DNA of 57,872 nucleotides. Source: Bacteroidota bacterium (GTDB lineage Bacteria > Bacteroidota > Bacteroidia > Chitinophagales > Saprospiraceae). Numbering within the stretch: the stretch's first letter is position 1; every line of letters begins with the position of its first letter. Shown one piece after another: positions 19,079-29,362 of the stretch. The stretch covers positions 1 through 57,872 of the forward strand of contig JBCCRX010000001.1 in NCBI GenBank assembly GCA_039201015.1, given 5' to 3'. A model generated the notes under the pieces. The model had not been told where the DNA came from. It searched no databases and saw nothing but the letters and a program-made list of their open reading frames with translations. The position numbers and the translations under genes were made by a program.

Positions 19079-20110
19079 TTATACACTATTTCTCTTGATC
19101 AGAAAAGAGTAACGATTCGTGTCTTTCAAAGCGATGCCCGTACCTTTCACGACCGCTTTCAGAGGATCGTCTGCAATGTGTACTGGTAATTTTGTTCTGT
19201 TACTGATTCGTTTATCCAGACCTCGAAGCAGTGCGCCCCCTCCTGTCAAGTACAAACCATTTTTGTATATGTCTGCTGCCAATTCAGGAGGTGTAACTTC
19301 TAAAGCTTTCAAGATCGCATCTTCTACTTTGGAGATTGATTTGTCTAAACAACCCGCAATTTCGGAATAGTTTACCATGATTTGCTTGGGGATGCCAGTC
19401 ATCAAATCTCGACCATTTACAGGCATATCTTCTGGTGGATTATCCAATTCTGTGAGTGCAGAACCTACTTCAATTTTGATGCGTTCTGCAGTTCGTTCTC
19501 CGATCAAAATATTGTGTTCCCTGCGCATGTAGCCCATAATATCAGAAGTAAATTCATCTCCCGCAATTCTTATAGATTGATCGCAGACAATACCAGAAAG
19601 CGCAATGACCGCAATTTCTGTCGTTCCGCCGCCTATGTCTATTATCATGTTCCCGATTGGCTCTTCTACATCCAAACCGATGCCTAGTGCAGCCGCCATA
19701 GGTTCGTGGATAAGGTAAGTTTCTTTGGAATCCACGTGATCAGCGGATTCAAAAACCGCTCGCTTTTCTACTTCCGTAATACCAGACGGAATACATATCA
19801 CCATCTTCATGTGAGAAAAGATACGCTTTTTCTTACCAATCATCCGTATCATCCCTTCAATCATACTTTCCGCAGCTGAGAAGTCAGCGATTACACCGTC
19901 TTTCAATGGACGAATCGTTTTGATATTCTCGTGGGTCTTTTCGTACATCTGCATAGCTTTCATACCCACAGCAATGGTCTGGTCACTCTTGCGGTCAATA
20001 GCGACAATGGAAGGTTCGTCCACTACGATCTTCCCGTCCTGTATAATAAGTGTATTAGCAGTCCCTAAATCTATTGCTAGTTCTTGCGTAAAAAAACTAA
20101 AAAATCTCAT
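19079..20110 (-). CDS. mreB: Rod shape-determining actin homologue MreB
   Basis: 343-aa ORF with DLGTANTLI, IIDIGGGTTEIAV and LTGGGALLRGLD motifs. Confidence 0.95.
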   Translation of the reverse strand: MRFFSFFTQELAIDLGTANTLIIQDGKIVVDEPSIVAIDRKSDQTIAVGMKAMQMYEKTHENIKTIRPLKDGVIADFSAAESMIEGMIRMIGKKKRIFSHMKMVICIPSGITEVEKRAVFESADHVDSKETYLIHEPMAAALGIGLDVEEPIGNMIIDIGGGTTEIAVIALSGIVCDQSIRIAGDEFTSDIMGYMRREHNILIGERTAERIKIEVGSALTELDNPPEDMPVNGRDLMTGIPKQIMVNYSEIAGCLDKSISKVEDAILKALEVTPPELAADIYKNGLYLTGGGALLRGLDKRISNRTKLPVHIADDPLKAVVKGTGIALKDTNRYSFLIKRNSV

Positions 20111-20159
20111 TCAAATCTCTTGCTCAAAAAAGGCTATAAGTCTGAGTTCAATAAGTAAA

Positions 20160-20462
20160 TCAGCCTAAGGCGGGCAGGTTTACATTTTTTGGTGTTCGAC
20201 TCTGTTTAAGAGTAGATGTTTTGCGGAATATATCCGCTCTTGAGAAATGTGTATGAAATAAACTCGTATCTTAGACTGCCTCTTTTGCACTTATTTTTAC
20301 TTTAAAATTAGTCATAGTATCAACAATACTCCTTCTTCTAAAGAAACGGGTCTGCCTTAGGCTGAAACTAAGAACAAAATAACCTATCCTAAACTTACGA
20401 CCTTATTTCATACACATCCCTAACCAAAATCGAACAACGTAAACCTGTCTGCCTCAGGCTGA
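20160..20462. mobile_element. Palindromic MITE-like element, family E, copy E1 (303 bp)
   Basis: Termini TCAGCCTAAGGCGGGCAGGTTTACAT.. and ..ACGTAAACCTGTCTGCCTCAGGCTGA are inverted complements. Inner inverted pair ATGTGTATGAAATAA / TTATTTCATACACAT. Confidence 0.75.
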
Positions 20463-20919
20463 TTTAATTGTTTCACCTTCCTAACTCGGATGATAGAGAC
20501 GAAAACTTAGACTGATTATCAAATAAATTGATATTACTTCTGCAATTTTCTAATACGCCTTAAATTATCATCTAATTTACTCACCCACAACTATTTACAT
20601 TCTCAGGAAATAGCCCTCAACTGTTATAAAAAATATTAACACACGCGCCCACAGAATTATTGCTTTTCAACATTGGTACTTCGCTTATCGTCTGTAAACC
20701 CACATCTCAAATTCCAATTCAATTCCGTGGTTTTGGGTAGCATTCACTATATCTAAGATTGACATTTTTTATTGTTAAACTTAGACCAAATGTGAAGTTA
20801 GTCTTAATTCGTGAGAGAAAAAAAATATTCCGCTCAAATTTTGGCGCAAAAGAACGCTTTTTTTGCCTGAAATAGAAAAATAGGAAGGGGAAATAATCAA
20901 ATATTTGTTGGTATGTTTA

Positions 20920-22203
20920 TCAAACACCCACAATTACCTCCCACAAATTCTCTTTTTGCAAATATTTCTGTGCTTGTGCTTGCAAATCTTTAGCACTTAT
21001 ACTTTGAATGGTACGGGTGAGCAAATCAAAATATTCATTGTTCAAGTCATTGATTAATAAGGACTTTTGGACATCCATAATATTGAATGCACCATCTAAA
21101 CTCATCAACAAAGTGCCCATCAAATAATTTTTCACCATAGCCAGTTCTTCTGCTCCAATTGGTTCTTCCTGAAGACGAGTAATTTCCTTGTAGATTTCGT
21201 TGAGCGTAGGTATCACAAATTCGTTTCCGACCTCCGTGCCAATGTAGAAATAGCCATCGTATTTCATCGAATCCAGTGCCGAGTAAATGTTGTAAGTATA
21301 GCCGTTTTCTTCTCGAATATTTGCCATCAAACGAGAACCAAAATAGCCTCCCAAGATGGTATTCAATACAAAAATCGCAGGATAGTCGGGATGCTTCCGA
21401 TTGAACAATCGCCGACCAATGCGAATCGCCGTCTGTACGCCTTCTGGATGATCTATTTTAAGTTTTTGTGGCGGTGTTTGCTCTACTATCATTTTGGCGG
21501 GTGCAGGCGTAGAATTCATATCAAGTTGACCAATCTGCTGATTGAGTAACGCTCGGCTGTTCTTGGGCAATTGTCCACTAATAAAAATCATACAATTATT
21601 GGAACGATAATTCTGCTCGAAATGTGCCACAATATCTGCTCTGCGGATATCTGCATAATCCTCTGGATAACTGTTGTAGCCGTAAGGTGTTTGATCACCA
21701 AAAATGCAAGCTGTGATTATTCGGTAGGCAACTACGTCTTCTTTACTCAAATCTACTTTCAGTCTTTGTTGACTACGTTGCACAAAAGATTGTAACTCTT
21801 TTTCTGGAAAAGAAGGCGTCGCTATTATCTCAGCAACCAAAGGCAAAAGCCGTTCAAAGTACTTGCTGAGTGTATGCAACACCAAATTGGAGGTATCTAA
21901 ATTGAAAGGTGTGCCCAGACTAGCACCATAGAAATCAATCGTCTCTGCGATTTGCGCAGAACTCTTACTAGTCGTTCCTTCTTTTAGCAAACCAATCGTT
22001 GCTCTTCCCGCCAATCGCTTGGACTCAAAAGGGCGACCTGCAAAAAATACCACTTCCATTTTCATGATTTCTTGCGTTCCCATATTCAGTTCATGGACTT
22101 GGATACCATTGTCCAAAGAATAGGTAGCAATTTTGGGTAAGCTCAGATTTTTTATGGGGTGTACGGCAGGTGCGATTCGTCTATTCAACACTGTTTTATT
22201 CAT
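20920..22203 (-). CDS. M16 (pitrilysin/insulinase) family peptidase-like protein, no HxxEH motif seen
   Basis: M16 N- and C-domain-like sequence. I used the ATG at 22203 (MNKTVLNRR..); the ORF track starts at a GTG at 22224. No HxxEH zinc motif was found by eye, so it may be the non-catalytic type. Confidence 0.7.
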   Translation of the reverse strand: MNKTVLNRRIAPAVHPIKNLSLPKIATYSLDNGIQVHELNMGTQEIMKMEVVFFAGRPFESKRLAGRATIGLLKEGTTSKSSAQIAETIDFYGASLGTPFNLDTSNLVLHTLSKYFERLLPLVAEIIATPSFPEKELQSFVQRSQQRLKVDLSKEDVVAYRIITACIFGDQTPYGYNSYPEDYADIRRADIVAHFEQNYRSNNCMIFISGQLPKNSRALLNQQIGQLDMNSTPAPAKMIVEQTPPQKLKIDHPEGVQTAIRIGRRLFNRKHPDYPAIFVLNTILGGYFGSRLMANIREENGYTYNIYSALDSMKYDGYFYIGTEVGNEFVIPTLNEIYKEITRLQEEPIGAEELAMVKNYLMGTLLMSLDGAFNIMDVQKSLLINDLNNEYFDLLTRTIQSISAKDLQAQAQKYLQKENLWEVIVGV

Positions 22204-22227
22204 AATTCGTATTTCTAATGCCACTAT

Positions 22228-22788
22228 TCATAAAGCCCAAGCTTTCTCACCTTCTTCATAATCAATATCACCAAGGTACCTGCCAGGTATAGGTTCATAG
22301 CGCAATGCCATCTTTGCGCCTTCTTCTGATGTGAAATAAGCAAATACAATTAAATCTTTTAGCAAAGAAAAGTAATGTACAGGCTGTTCGGGAAGGGCTT
22401 GAAAGTCTTTGGCTTGCTGGTCAAGTTCCACTAAAAAGTCGTGCTGGTCGGCTGCGCGGAGGTCTTGAAAACTTTTCCCCTTTTGCTTTTCACAAGCTGC
22501 TTTAAAAGTTAGCAAACCCGAACGGACAATTTCCTGCTGTGCCAAATCATAACACTCCGCTACGTACATATCCATAAAGTTACTCACTTTTACTGCCTTT
22601 GCGCCTGGTGAATCGGCTGTTTCTGGCAAGATCGTTTCTCCTATTTCATTCAATAGCTCAATATCCTGAATACTGAAAAACTGGGCTTCGTAATTTTCGG
22701 ATCGACAACCCAAAAATAGGCCAGGAGAGAGCAGTGCCGTTCCTCCAATGGTAAGGCTCATAGCAGATAGCATTTGTCGTCTATTCAT
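22228..22788 (-). CDS. TAT-exported protein, gluconate 2-dehydrogenase subunit-3-like family
   Basis: 186-aa ORF with a twin-arginine-type N-terminus (MNRRQMLSAMSLTIGGTALL). The family call rests on overall resemblance only. Confidence 0.55.
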   Translation of the reverse strand: MNRRQMLSAMSLTIGGTALLSPGLFLGCRSENYEAQFFSIQDIELLNEIGETILPETADSPGAKAVKVSNFMDMYVAECYDLAQQEIVRSGLLTFKAACEKQKGKSFQDLRAADQHDFLVELDQQAKDFQALPEQPVHYFSLLKDLIVFAYFTSEEGAKMALRYEPIPGRYLGDIDYEEGEKAWAL

Positions 22789-23098
22789 CGTGGTACTTTT
22801 ACATTTTGCGGTGAAAGTAAAGGTTTTGCTACAAAAGCATCATTTTAACTCAAAATTAAGCTCACAAATCTATCCTTTTTTTGCCTTCAAATACAACACT
22901 ACTTTCAAAGCACTACCTACTAAATGCAATATATTCTCACACCAATCAAAACAAAGTTTAAGTATGAGCTCCACAAAGAGAACAAATATTTTGTGGAATA
23001 AAAGAATGCAAAAAGCTACAGTTGTCATAAGATGCGAAAAGCAGATGACTGTACCAAGAAAGCCTAGCTTTTGACAAAACTTTATATTTAAAAATCGC

Positions 23099-23129
23099 TT
23101 TGTATTTCAAATTAAAAGTAGTACTTTTG
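23099..23129 (+). promoter_or_regulatory. Candidate Bacteroidota sigma-A promoter for the rpsL operon
   Basis: TTTG (23099-23102), 19 nt, then TACTTTTG (23122-23129). This matches the TTTG-N19-21-TAnnTTTG consensus and ends 58 nt upstream of the rpsL ATG. Confidence 0.5.
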
Positions 23130-23187
23130 CACTCGCTTTTCGATAGAGGGCGGTTTTTACTAAAAAATAGGGTAGAATTAGTGTTTT

Positions 23188-23562
23188 ATGCCAACTATAA
23201 ATCAGTTAGTTAAGAAGGGAAGAAAGAAGATTGTTCAAAAGAGCAAGTCTCGCGCGTTGGATTCCAGTCCACAGCGTCGTGGTGTTTGTACTAGAGTATA
23301 TACAACTACACCAAAAAAGCCGAACTCTGCTTTGCGGAAAGTAGCAAAAGTACGTCTGACCAATGGTATTGAGGTGATTGCTTACATTCCTGGTGAAGGG
23401 CATAATCTACAGGAACACTCTATTGTCTTGGTACGCGGAGGTCGTGTGAAAGATTTACCTGGTGTGCGATACACAATCGTTCGTGGTGCCTTGGATACCG
23501 CAGGGGTAGAAGGTAGATTGCAAAGTCGTTCTCGCTATGGTGCAAAACGTCCCAAAAAGTAA
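23188..23562 (+). CDS. rpsL: 30S ribosomal protein uS12
   Basis: [42 protein letters not shown]. Confidence 0.98.
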   Translation: MPTINQLVKKGRKKIVQKSKSRALDSSPQRRGVCTRVYTTTPKKPNSALRKVAKVRLTNGIEVIAYIPGEGHNLQEHSIVLVRGGRVKDLPGVRYTIVRGALDTAGVEGRLQSRSRYGAKRPKK

Positions 23563-23619
23563 TTGAGCTAAGATGTTTTTCTTCTCTTTAGGAGTTGGGG
23601 ACAAAAGAATACAATAATA

Positions 23620-24087
23620 ATGAGAAAAAGAAAGCCTAAAATTAGAATAATTTCACCTGATCCAAGATACGGTGATCCTCTAGTGACACAATTCGTGAAT
23701 AATTTAATGTGGGAAGGCAAGAAAAGTGTGTCATTCAGGATATTCTATGATGCAATGGATTTGGTGAAATCTCGTACCAATGCAGATGAACACGCCATTT
23801 TCAAGAAGGCTTTGAACAACGCGATGCCTCAAGTGGAAGTGCGTAGTCGTAGAATTGGTGGAGCCACCTTTCAGATACCAACAGAGATACGTCCGAAGCG
23901 TAAAGTTTCTATTGGCATGAAGTGGTTGATTAGTTTTGCGCGCAAACGCAGTGGAAAAGGAATGGCAGAAAAGTTGGCAGCAGAACTGATTGCAGCAAGC
24001 AAGGGCGAAGGTGCGGCTGTAAAACGCAAAGAAGATACACACAAAATGGCAGAGTCGAATCGAGCATTCGCTCATTTTAGGGTATAG
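23620..24087 (+). CDS. rpsG: 30S ribosomal protein uS7
   Basis: 155 aa; [21 protein letters not shown]. Confidence 0.97.
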   Translation: MRKRKPKIRIISPDPRYGDPLVTQFVNNLMWEGKKSVSFRIFYDAMDLVKSRTNADEHAIFKKALNNAMPQVEVRSRRIGGATFQIPTEIRPKRKVSIGMKWLISFARKRSGKGMAEKLAAELIAASKGEGAAVKRKEDTHKMAESNRAFAHFRV

Positions 24088-24140
24088 TTTATATATTGAT
24101 TTGACCTTTCAATAAACCACACTATCATTTATCAACAAGG

Positions 24141-24265
24141 AAAGTGAAATAATAAAATTTACATTGCCTGATTCTTGTTAAAAGAAGACAAGCCCTACAA
24201 AATATCTGCTTTCAACAAAAGGTCAGACATCGAAGAATGTAGATTTATTGTTAAACTCAGACTAA
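24141..24265. repeat. E-family palindromic element (copy E2) in the rpsG-fusA spacer
   Basis: Arms GAAATAATAAAATTTACATTG and GAATGTAGATTTATTGTTAAACTCAGACTAA are inverted complements. The right arm matches those at 36355-36385 and 34348-34376. Confidence 0.6.
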
Positions 24266-24276
24266 GGAATTAAAAC

Positions 24277-26418
24277 ATGGCAAACGATCTTAAATACACT
24301 CGTAACGTTGGTATTGCAGCACACATTGATGCTGGAAAAACCACCACTACTGAGCGTGTTTTATTCTACACAGGTATCAGTCATAAAATAGGAGAAGTAC
24401 ACGATGGTGCTGCGACTATGGACTGGATGGAGCAAGAGCAAGAGCGTGGAATTACGATTACTTCTGCTGCAACCAAGACTTCCTGGAAGTGGAAAGAGCA
24501 GGACTATGCAGTCAATATCATTGACACACCTGGTCACGTGGATTTTACAGTTGAGGTGAACCGCTCTTTGAGGGTATTAGATGGTTTGGTGTTCCTGTTT
24601 TGTGCGGTTAGTGGAGTAGAGCCACAATCGGAGACCAACTGGCGTTTGGCGGACAATTACAAAGTGCCTCGCATCGGATTTGTGAACAAAATGGATCGCT
24701 CTGGTGCGAATTTCTTTGAGGTGGTCAAGGACGTAGAAGAGAAATTGGGTTCAAAAGCCATTCCTTTACAAATCCCAATTGGTGCAGAAGAAAGATTCAA
24801 AGGTGTAGTTGACTTAATTACGAACCAAGCAATCGTTTGGAATGAAGACGATTTTGGTATGACCTTTGAAGTGATTCCAATGCCAGAAGATTTAGTAGAT
24901 ACTGTAGCGGAATGGAGAGAGAAGTTATTAGAAGAAGTGGCGGAGTACGATAAGACAGAAACTTTGATGGAGAAATTCTTCGAAGACCCAGATTCTATTA
25001 CAGAAGAGGAGATGCGCGACGCAGTGAGAGGAGCAGTGATGGATGCAGCTTTCGTACCGATGATGTGCGGTTCTGCTTTCAAAAATAAGGGCGTTCAAGC
25101 GGTATTGGATGCGGTTTGTGCTTATTTGCCTTCTCCTTTGGATAGAGATAATATTGTGGGGACGAATCCTAAAACAGATGAAGAAGAAGTACGCAAGCCC
25201 TCTGTAGATGATCCATTCACAGCTTTGGCCTTCAAAATTGCGACTGATCCTTATGTAGGACGTTTGGCATTTTTCCGTGTTTATTCTGGTAAACTGGGTG
25301 GCGGTTCTTACGTTTTGAATGCTCGTTCGGGTAAGAAAGAACGTATTTCGCGCATCTATCAGATGCACGCCAATAAGCAGCAACAGATTGATGGAGTAGA
25401 GGCAGGAGACATCGCCGCAGGTGTTGGATTCAAAGATATCCGAACGGGTGATACGCTGTGCGATGTGGACAACCCTATCGTACTGGAAAGCATGGTATTT
25501 CCTGATCCTGTGATTGGTTTGGCGGTAGAGCCAGCTTCTCAAAAAGATTTGGATAAATTGGGGATGGCTTTAGCGAAACTGGCAGAAGAAGACCCCACCT
25601 TTCAAGTTCGCTACGATGAAGATACCAACCAGACTATTATCAGTGGGATGGGTGAATTGCACTTGGAAATCATTGTTGATCGTTTGCGCAGAGAGTTTAA
25701 AGTGGATGTGAACCAAGGTCAGCCACAAGTAAACTACAAAGAAGCACTCACCAAGACCGTAGATCACAGAGAAAAACTCAAGAAGCAGTCGGGTGGTTCT
25801 GGTCTTTTTGCGGATATGGAGTTCAAATTAGGACCAGCTGACCAAGAGTTTTTAGACAGTGAAGAATTCAAGTCAGGCAAAGAAAGATTGCAATTTGATT
25901 GGAAGATTGTAGGAGGCTCTATTGATAAGAACTACATCAAACCAATCAAAGATGGTTTTACGGCAATGATGGACAATGGGGTACTGGCGGGCTACGGCAT
26001 AGATTCTATGAAAGTAGAAGTCTATGATGGTTCGATGCACCCCGTGGATTCTAAGCCAATTGCCTTTGAATTATGTGCGAAAGAAGGTTTCAAGTCAGCA
26101 GCGCACCGAGCAGGAGCGACCTTGATGGAGCCTATCATGAAGCTAGAAATCATTACACCCGAAGAATATGTGGGCTCTGTGATTGGGGACTTGAACCGTC
26201 GTCGTGGCTTGCCAAAAGGGCAAGAGCAACGTTCTGGAGGAGCAGTTTCTATCAGTGCTGATGTACCACTGGCAGAAATGTTTGGCTATGTAACCGATCT
26301 TCGGACTATTACTTCTGGTCGTGCAAGTTCTACGATGGAATTTTCGCACTACTCAGCAGCACCAAGCGGAATTGCAAAAGAAGTGATTGAGAAAGCGCGA
26401 GGAGAAGTAAAGGTGTAG
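24277..26418 (+). CDS. fusA: Elongation factor G
   Basis: 713 aa; [15 protein letters not shown] (G1), DTPGHVDF (G3). Confidence 0.98.
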   Translation: MANDLKYTRNVGIAAHIDAGKTTTTERVLFYTGISHKIGEVHDGAATMDWMEQEQERGITITSAATKTSWKWKEQDYAVNIIDTPGHVDFTVEVNRSLRVLDGLVFLFCAVSGVEPQSETNWRLADNYKVPRIGFVNKMDRSGANFFEVVKDVEEKLGSKAIPLQIPIGAEERFKGVVDLITNQAIVWNEDDFGMTFEVIPMPEDLVDTVAEWREKLLEEVAEYDKTETLMEKFFEDPDSITEEEMRDAVRGAVMDAAFVPMMCGSAFKNKGVQAVLDAVCAYLPSPLDRDNIVGTNPKTDEEEVRKPSVDDPFTALAFKIATDPYVGRLAFFRVYSGKLGGGSYVLNARSGKKERISRIYQMHANKQQQIDGVEAGDIAAGVGFKDIRTGDTLCDVDNPIVLESMVFPDPVIGLAVEPASQKDLDKLGMALAKLAEEDPTFQVRYDEDTNQTIISGMGELHLEIIVDRLRREFKVDVNQGQPQVNYKEALTKTVDHREKLKKQSGGSGLFADMEFKLGPADQEFLDSEEFKSGKERLQFDWKIVGGSIDKNYIKPIKDGFTAMMDNGVLAGYGIDSMKVEVYDGSMHPVDSKPIAFELCAKEGFKSAAHRAGATLMEPIMKLEIITPEEYVGSVIGDLNRRRGLPKGQEQRSGGAVSISADVPLAEMFGYVTDLRTITSGRASSTMEFSHYSAAPSGIAKEVIEKARGEVKV

Positions 26419-26774
26419 AGACGAATTTTCAAAAGTGTTCGATTCAGGACATTTTTGTTTGTCAACCATAATCATAGACCACATAAACCAACCTAGTAAT
26501 TTGACATTTTAATTTATTTTCATAGAGTTTAACAGAGTCAGGGACTTTTGAGATTATTACCTAAGTATTTAGATACCCCTTTCAGGTTCTGTTTACCCGT
26601 TGAAATGTTTATTTGTTTAAAGCTTAGTCCACAGTTTTGCTATGCTTAAACAGATAGATAATATAAACGAATAAGCAATACATCTCAATTTCGGCAGGTT
26701 TACCTAGCTTAGGCAGTAATCGTTCAGTGTAATAGATCGTTCATGACTTATAACTCATAACTCAATATCGAGGT

Positions 26775-27083
26775 ATGAATCAAAAAATTCGCATCAAACT
26801 CCGTTCTTACGATCACAATTTAGTGGACAAATCAACGGAAAAGATCGTGAAAACTGTACGTAACAGCGGTGCTGTTGTTACTGGACCGATTCCGCTACCC
26901 ACAGAGAAAGAAGTGTTTACTGTGCTACGATCACCGCACGTCAACAAAAAATCTCGGGAGCAGTTTCAGTTGCGTACTCACAAACGCTTGATTGAAATTT
27001 ATACGCCTACGCAAAAGACAGTGGACGCCTTGTCCAAACTAGAACTTCCGAGTGGGGTAGATATTCAGGTCAAGTTGACGTAA
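26775..27083 (+). CDS. rpsJ: 30S ribosomal protein uS10
   Basis: 102 aa; [29 protein letters not shown]. Confidence 0.97.
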   Translation: MNQKIRIKLRSYDHNLVDKSTEKIVKTVRNSGAVVTGPIPLPTEKEVFTVLRSPHVNKKSREQFQLRTHKRLIEIYTPTQKTVDALSKLELPSGVDIQVKLT

Positions 27084-27094
27084 ATTCAAAAGAA

Positions 27095-27281
27095 AATAGC
27101 TATTGGTTTTTAGCTGTTAGCATTTGGCTAACTGTACTAACTTTCAATAGTAATGGAAAAATATTTTGGTGTCTTTTTTGGGTATAAGGTCTATTTGCAT
27201 TCCTTATACCGTAAAATCAGTCACTTAAAAATCGGAGCAATGCTAGAGCTAATAGTCAAATGCTGATAGCTAGTAGCCAAT
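27095..27281. repeat. Palindromic element, family F, filling the rpsJ-rplC spacer
   Basis: AATAGCTATTGG..TAGCTGTTAGCATTTG pairs with CAAATGCTGATAGCTA..GTAGCCAAT. Inner stem GGTATAAGG/CCTTATACC. A related copy lies at 30197-30245. Confidence 0.6.
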
Positions 27282-27310
27282 CCTCCTTTTCTCATAAAAT
27301 TGGTGTATCC

Positions 27311-27934
27311 ATGAATGGGTTAATAGGTAAAAAAGTCGGAATGACTAGCGTGTACGACGTGGACGGCAGAAATGTCGCTTGTACTGTAGTGGAGACTGGT
27401 CCTTGTATCGTAACACAAGTGAAAACAGAGGAAACGGATGGTTATTCTTCTATACAATTAGGTTTTGGAAGCCGAAAGGAAAAAAATACGCCCAAGGCAC
27501 TATCTGGACATTTTCAGAAAGCTGGTACAGGAGCTAAACGCTTAGTAAGAGAATTTAGAGGCTTTGATATTATCGAAAAACAGATTGGAGATGTCGTAAA
27601 AGTGGAGGAAGTTTTTGAAGAAGGTGATATTATCAATGCAATAGGTACGACAAAAGGTAAAGGTTTTCAGGGGGTAGTAAAACGGCATAATTTTCGAGGT
27701 GTGAACGATGCGACGCACGGTCAGCACAACAGACAACGTGCTCCTGGTTCGATTGGTGCGGCTTCTTACCCTGCCAAAGTGATGAAAGGAATGCGAATGG
27801 CAGGAAGAACGGGTGGAAAGCGTGTGAAAATGCAGAACCTAGAAATCGTTAAAATATTTCCAGAAGAAAATCTATTGGTGATTAAAGGGGCTATTCCTGG
27901 TCACAAAGGATCATTCGTAATCGTAGAAAAATAA
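27311..27934 (+). CDS. rplC: 50S ribosomal protein uL3
   Basis: Start set at ATG 27311 ([15 protein letters not shown], canonical uL3 N-terminus). The ORF-track start at 27260 adds 17 non-conserved residues that lie inside repeat F. Confidence 0.95.
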   Translation: MNGLIGKKVGMTSVYDVDGRNVACTVVETGPCIVTQVKTEETDGYSSIQLGFGSRKEKNTPKALSGHFQKAGTGAKRLVREFRGFDIIEKQIGDVVKVEEVFEEGDIINAIGTTKGKGFQGVVKRHNFRGVNDATHGQHNRQRAPGSIGAASYPAKVMKGMRMAGRTGGKRVKMQNLEIVKIFPEENLLVIKGAIPGHKGSFVIVEK

Positions 27935-27941
27935 GTTCGCT

Positions 27942-28565
27942 ATGCAAGTGAATGTATTAAGTATAAATGGAGAAGACACTGGTCGTTCAGTAGAACTACC
28001 CGAAGAAGTATTCGGTGTAGAGCCTAACGAACACGTGGTCTATCTAGCGGTGAAAGCACATTTGGCGAACAAACGTCAAGGAACGCATAAATCCAAGGAG
28101 CGCAGTGAGATTACTGGCTCCACGCGAAAGCTGAAGCGTCAAAAAGGAACGGGTACAGCGCGCGCAGGGGATATAAAAAGTCCTGTTTTCAGAGGTGGTG
28201 GACGTGTATTTGGGCCTAAACCAAGGGATTATAGCCAAAAGTTGAACAAGAAAGTAAAGCGTTTGGCGCGTTACTCTGTTTTGGCGGATAAGCTGAAATC
28301 GGAGGACTTAATCGTAGTAGAAGACTTCTCTTTCGATGCACCGAAAACAAAAGAGTACATCAATATACTGAGTGCTTTAAAAGTGGATGGCACGAAGACT
28401 TTACTGCTAACTTCTGATTACGAAAAAGAGGTATATCTTTCTAGTCGAAATCTAGGAAATGCACAAGTAGTACGCGTAGAGGATGCACATACCTATCAAA
28501 TTTTGAATGCAGATAAGTTGATCGTTTCAGAAGGATCAATTGATAAGATAAAAGGGTCTTTATAG
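27942..28565 (+). CDS. rplD: 50S ribosomal protein uL4
   Basis: 207 aa; GSTRKLKRQKGTGTARAGDIKSPVFRGGG. Confidence 0.97.
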   Translation: MQVNVLSINGEDTGRSVELPEEVFGVEPNEHVVYLAVKAHLANKRQGTHKSKERSEITGSTRKLKRQKGTGTARAGDIKSPVFRGGGRVFGPKPRDYSQKLNKKVKRLARYSVLADKLKSEDLIVVEDFSFDAPKTKEYINILSALKVDGTKTLLLTSDYEKEVYLSSRNLGNAQVVRVEDAHTYQILNADKLIVSEGSIDKIKGSL

Positions 28566-28952
28566 AGATAAGTAATGGTAAAAAAATAATTTAACGATTT
28601 GGACTTGATCTTTTGCCGACTATTAGTACTTAAAAAATGAGCCGTAGCTCTGCTATCAAGCCAAGCTTGTGCAATGACACAAAAGGGTTGAAGCACTTAT
28701 ATTCAACAAAATCTCTGACTCCAATTTCGATACCTTATTATTTTACCATTGCTAGGAGAAGTCAAAAGTTAGATGCTCTACTACTCAAGTTCAAAATTGG
28801 TTCGTACAAGATTTGCAAATTATTGAAAATCAGAAACTTGTAAAATAAAAATTATAATCTTCTGATTGTCAGTTTTTATGTCCTTTATTCCTTTGTGGTT
28901 CAAAAATTGTGCGAAATATTGATTTTGATAAAGATTCAAAAACGCTATAACA

Positions 28953-29255
28953 ATGGCAACTAAAAAATACATATTGGTTAAGCCAATCATCTCTGATAAA
29001 TCAGAGCGGCTTTCCGAAAATCTTGGTCAATATTCCTTTGTCGTGGATAAGCGCGCCAATAAGATTGAGATCGCCAATGCAGTTGAAGAAATGTATAATG
29101 TCGGTGTAGAGTCGGTGAATACTGCAATTATGCCTTCAAAAGTCAGATCTCGATACACGCGTTCGGGTATGCAGAAAGGACGAAAGTCTGGTTTCAAAAA
29201 GGCTTACGTCACCTTAGTAGAAGGAGATGAAATAGATTTCTACGGAGACTTATAG
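28953..29255 (+). CDS. rplW: 50S ribosomal protein uL23
   Basis: 100 aa; position and sequence (ILVKPIISDKS..YSFVVDKRANKIEI) fit uL23. Confidence 0.95.
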   Translation: MATKKYILVKPIISDKSERLSENLGQYSFVVDKRANKIEIANAVEEMYNVGVESVNTAIMPSKVRSRYTRSGMQKGRKSGFKKAYVTLVEGDEIDFYGDL

Positions 29256-29362
29256 TTCGTAGGACAATCATTTGTTTGAGTCTTTTAAACAAGCAAGCCT
29301 TAAATTAATTAAGTAAAATAATAGAGTCGCACAGTAGCGGTTCATTCATAATATTAGCAAAA

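Noticed and set aside
22748-23074. 108-aa ORF upstream of rpsL
   Set aside because: It has low-complexity composition, overlaps the 5' end of the divergent TAT-signal gene and occupies the promoter region. There are no motifs.
24928-25542. 204-aa ORF antisense to fusA
   Set aside because: It lies fully inside the strongly conserved EF-G frame. Long antisense ORFs are expected in such genes, and its sequence has no family features.
28637-28843. 68-aa ORF in the 387-bp rplD-rplW spacer (a possible novel small r-protein-operon gene)
   Set aside because: The sequence is unremarkable and the region is explained by inverted repeats (28571-28590 / 28735-28753). There is no support without conservation data.
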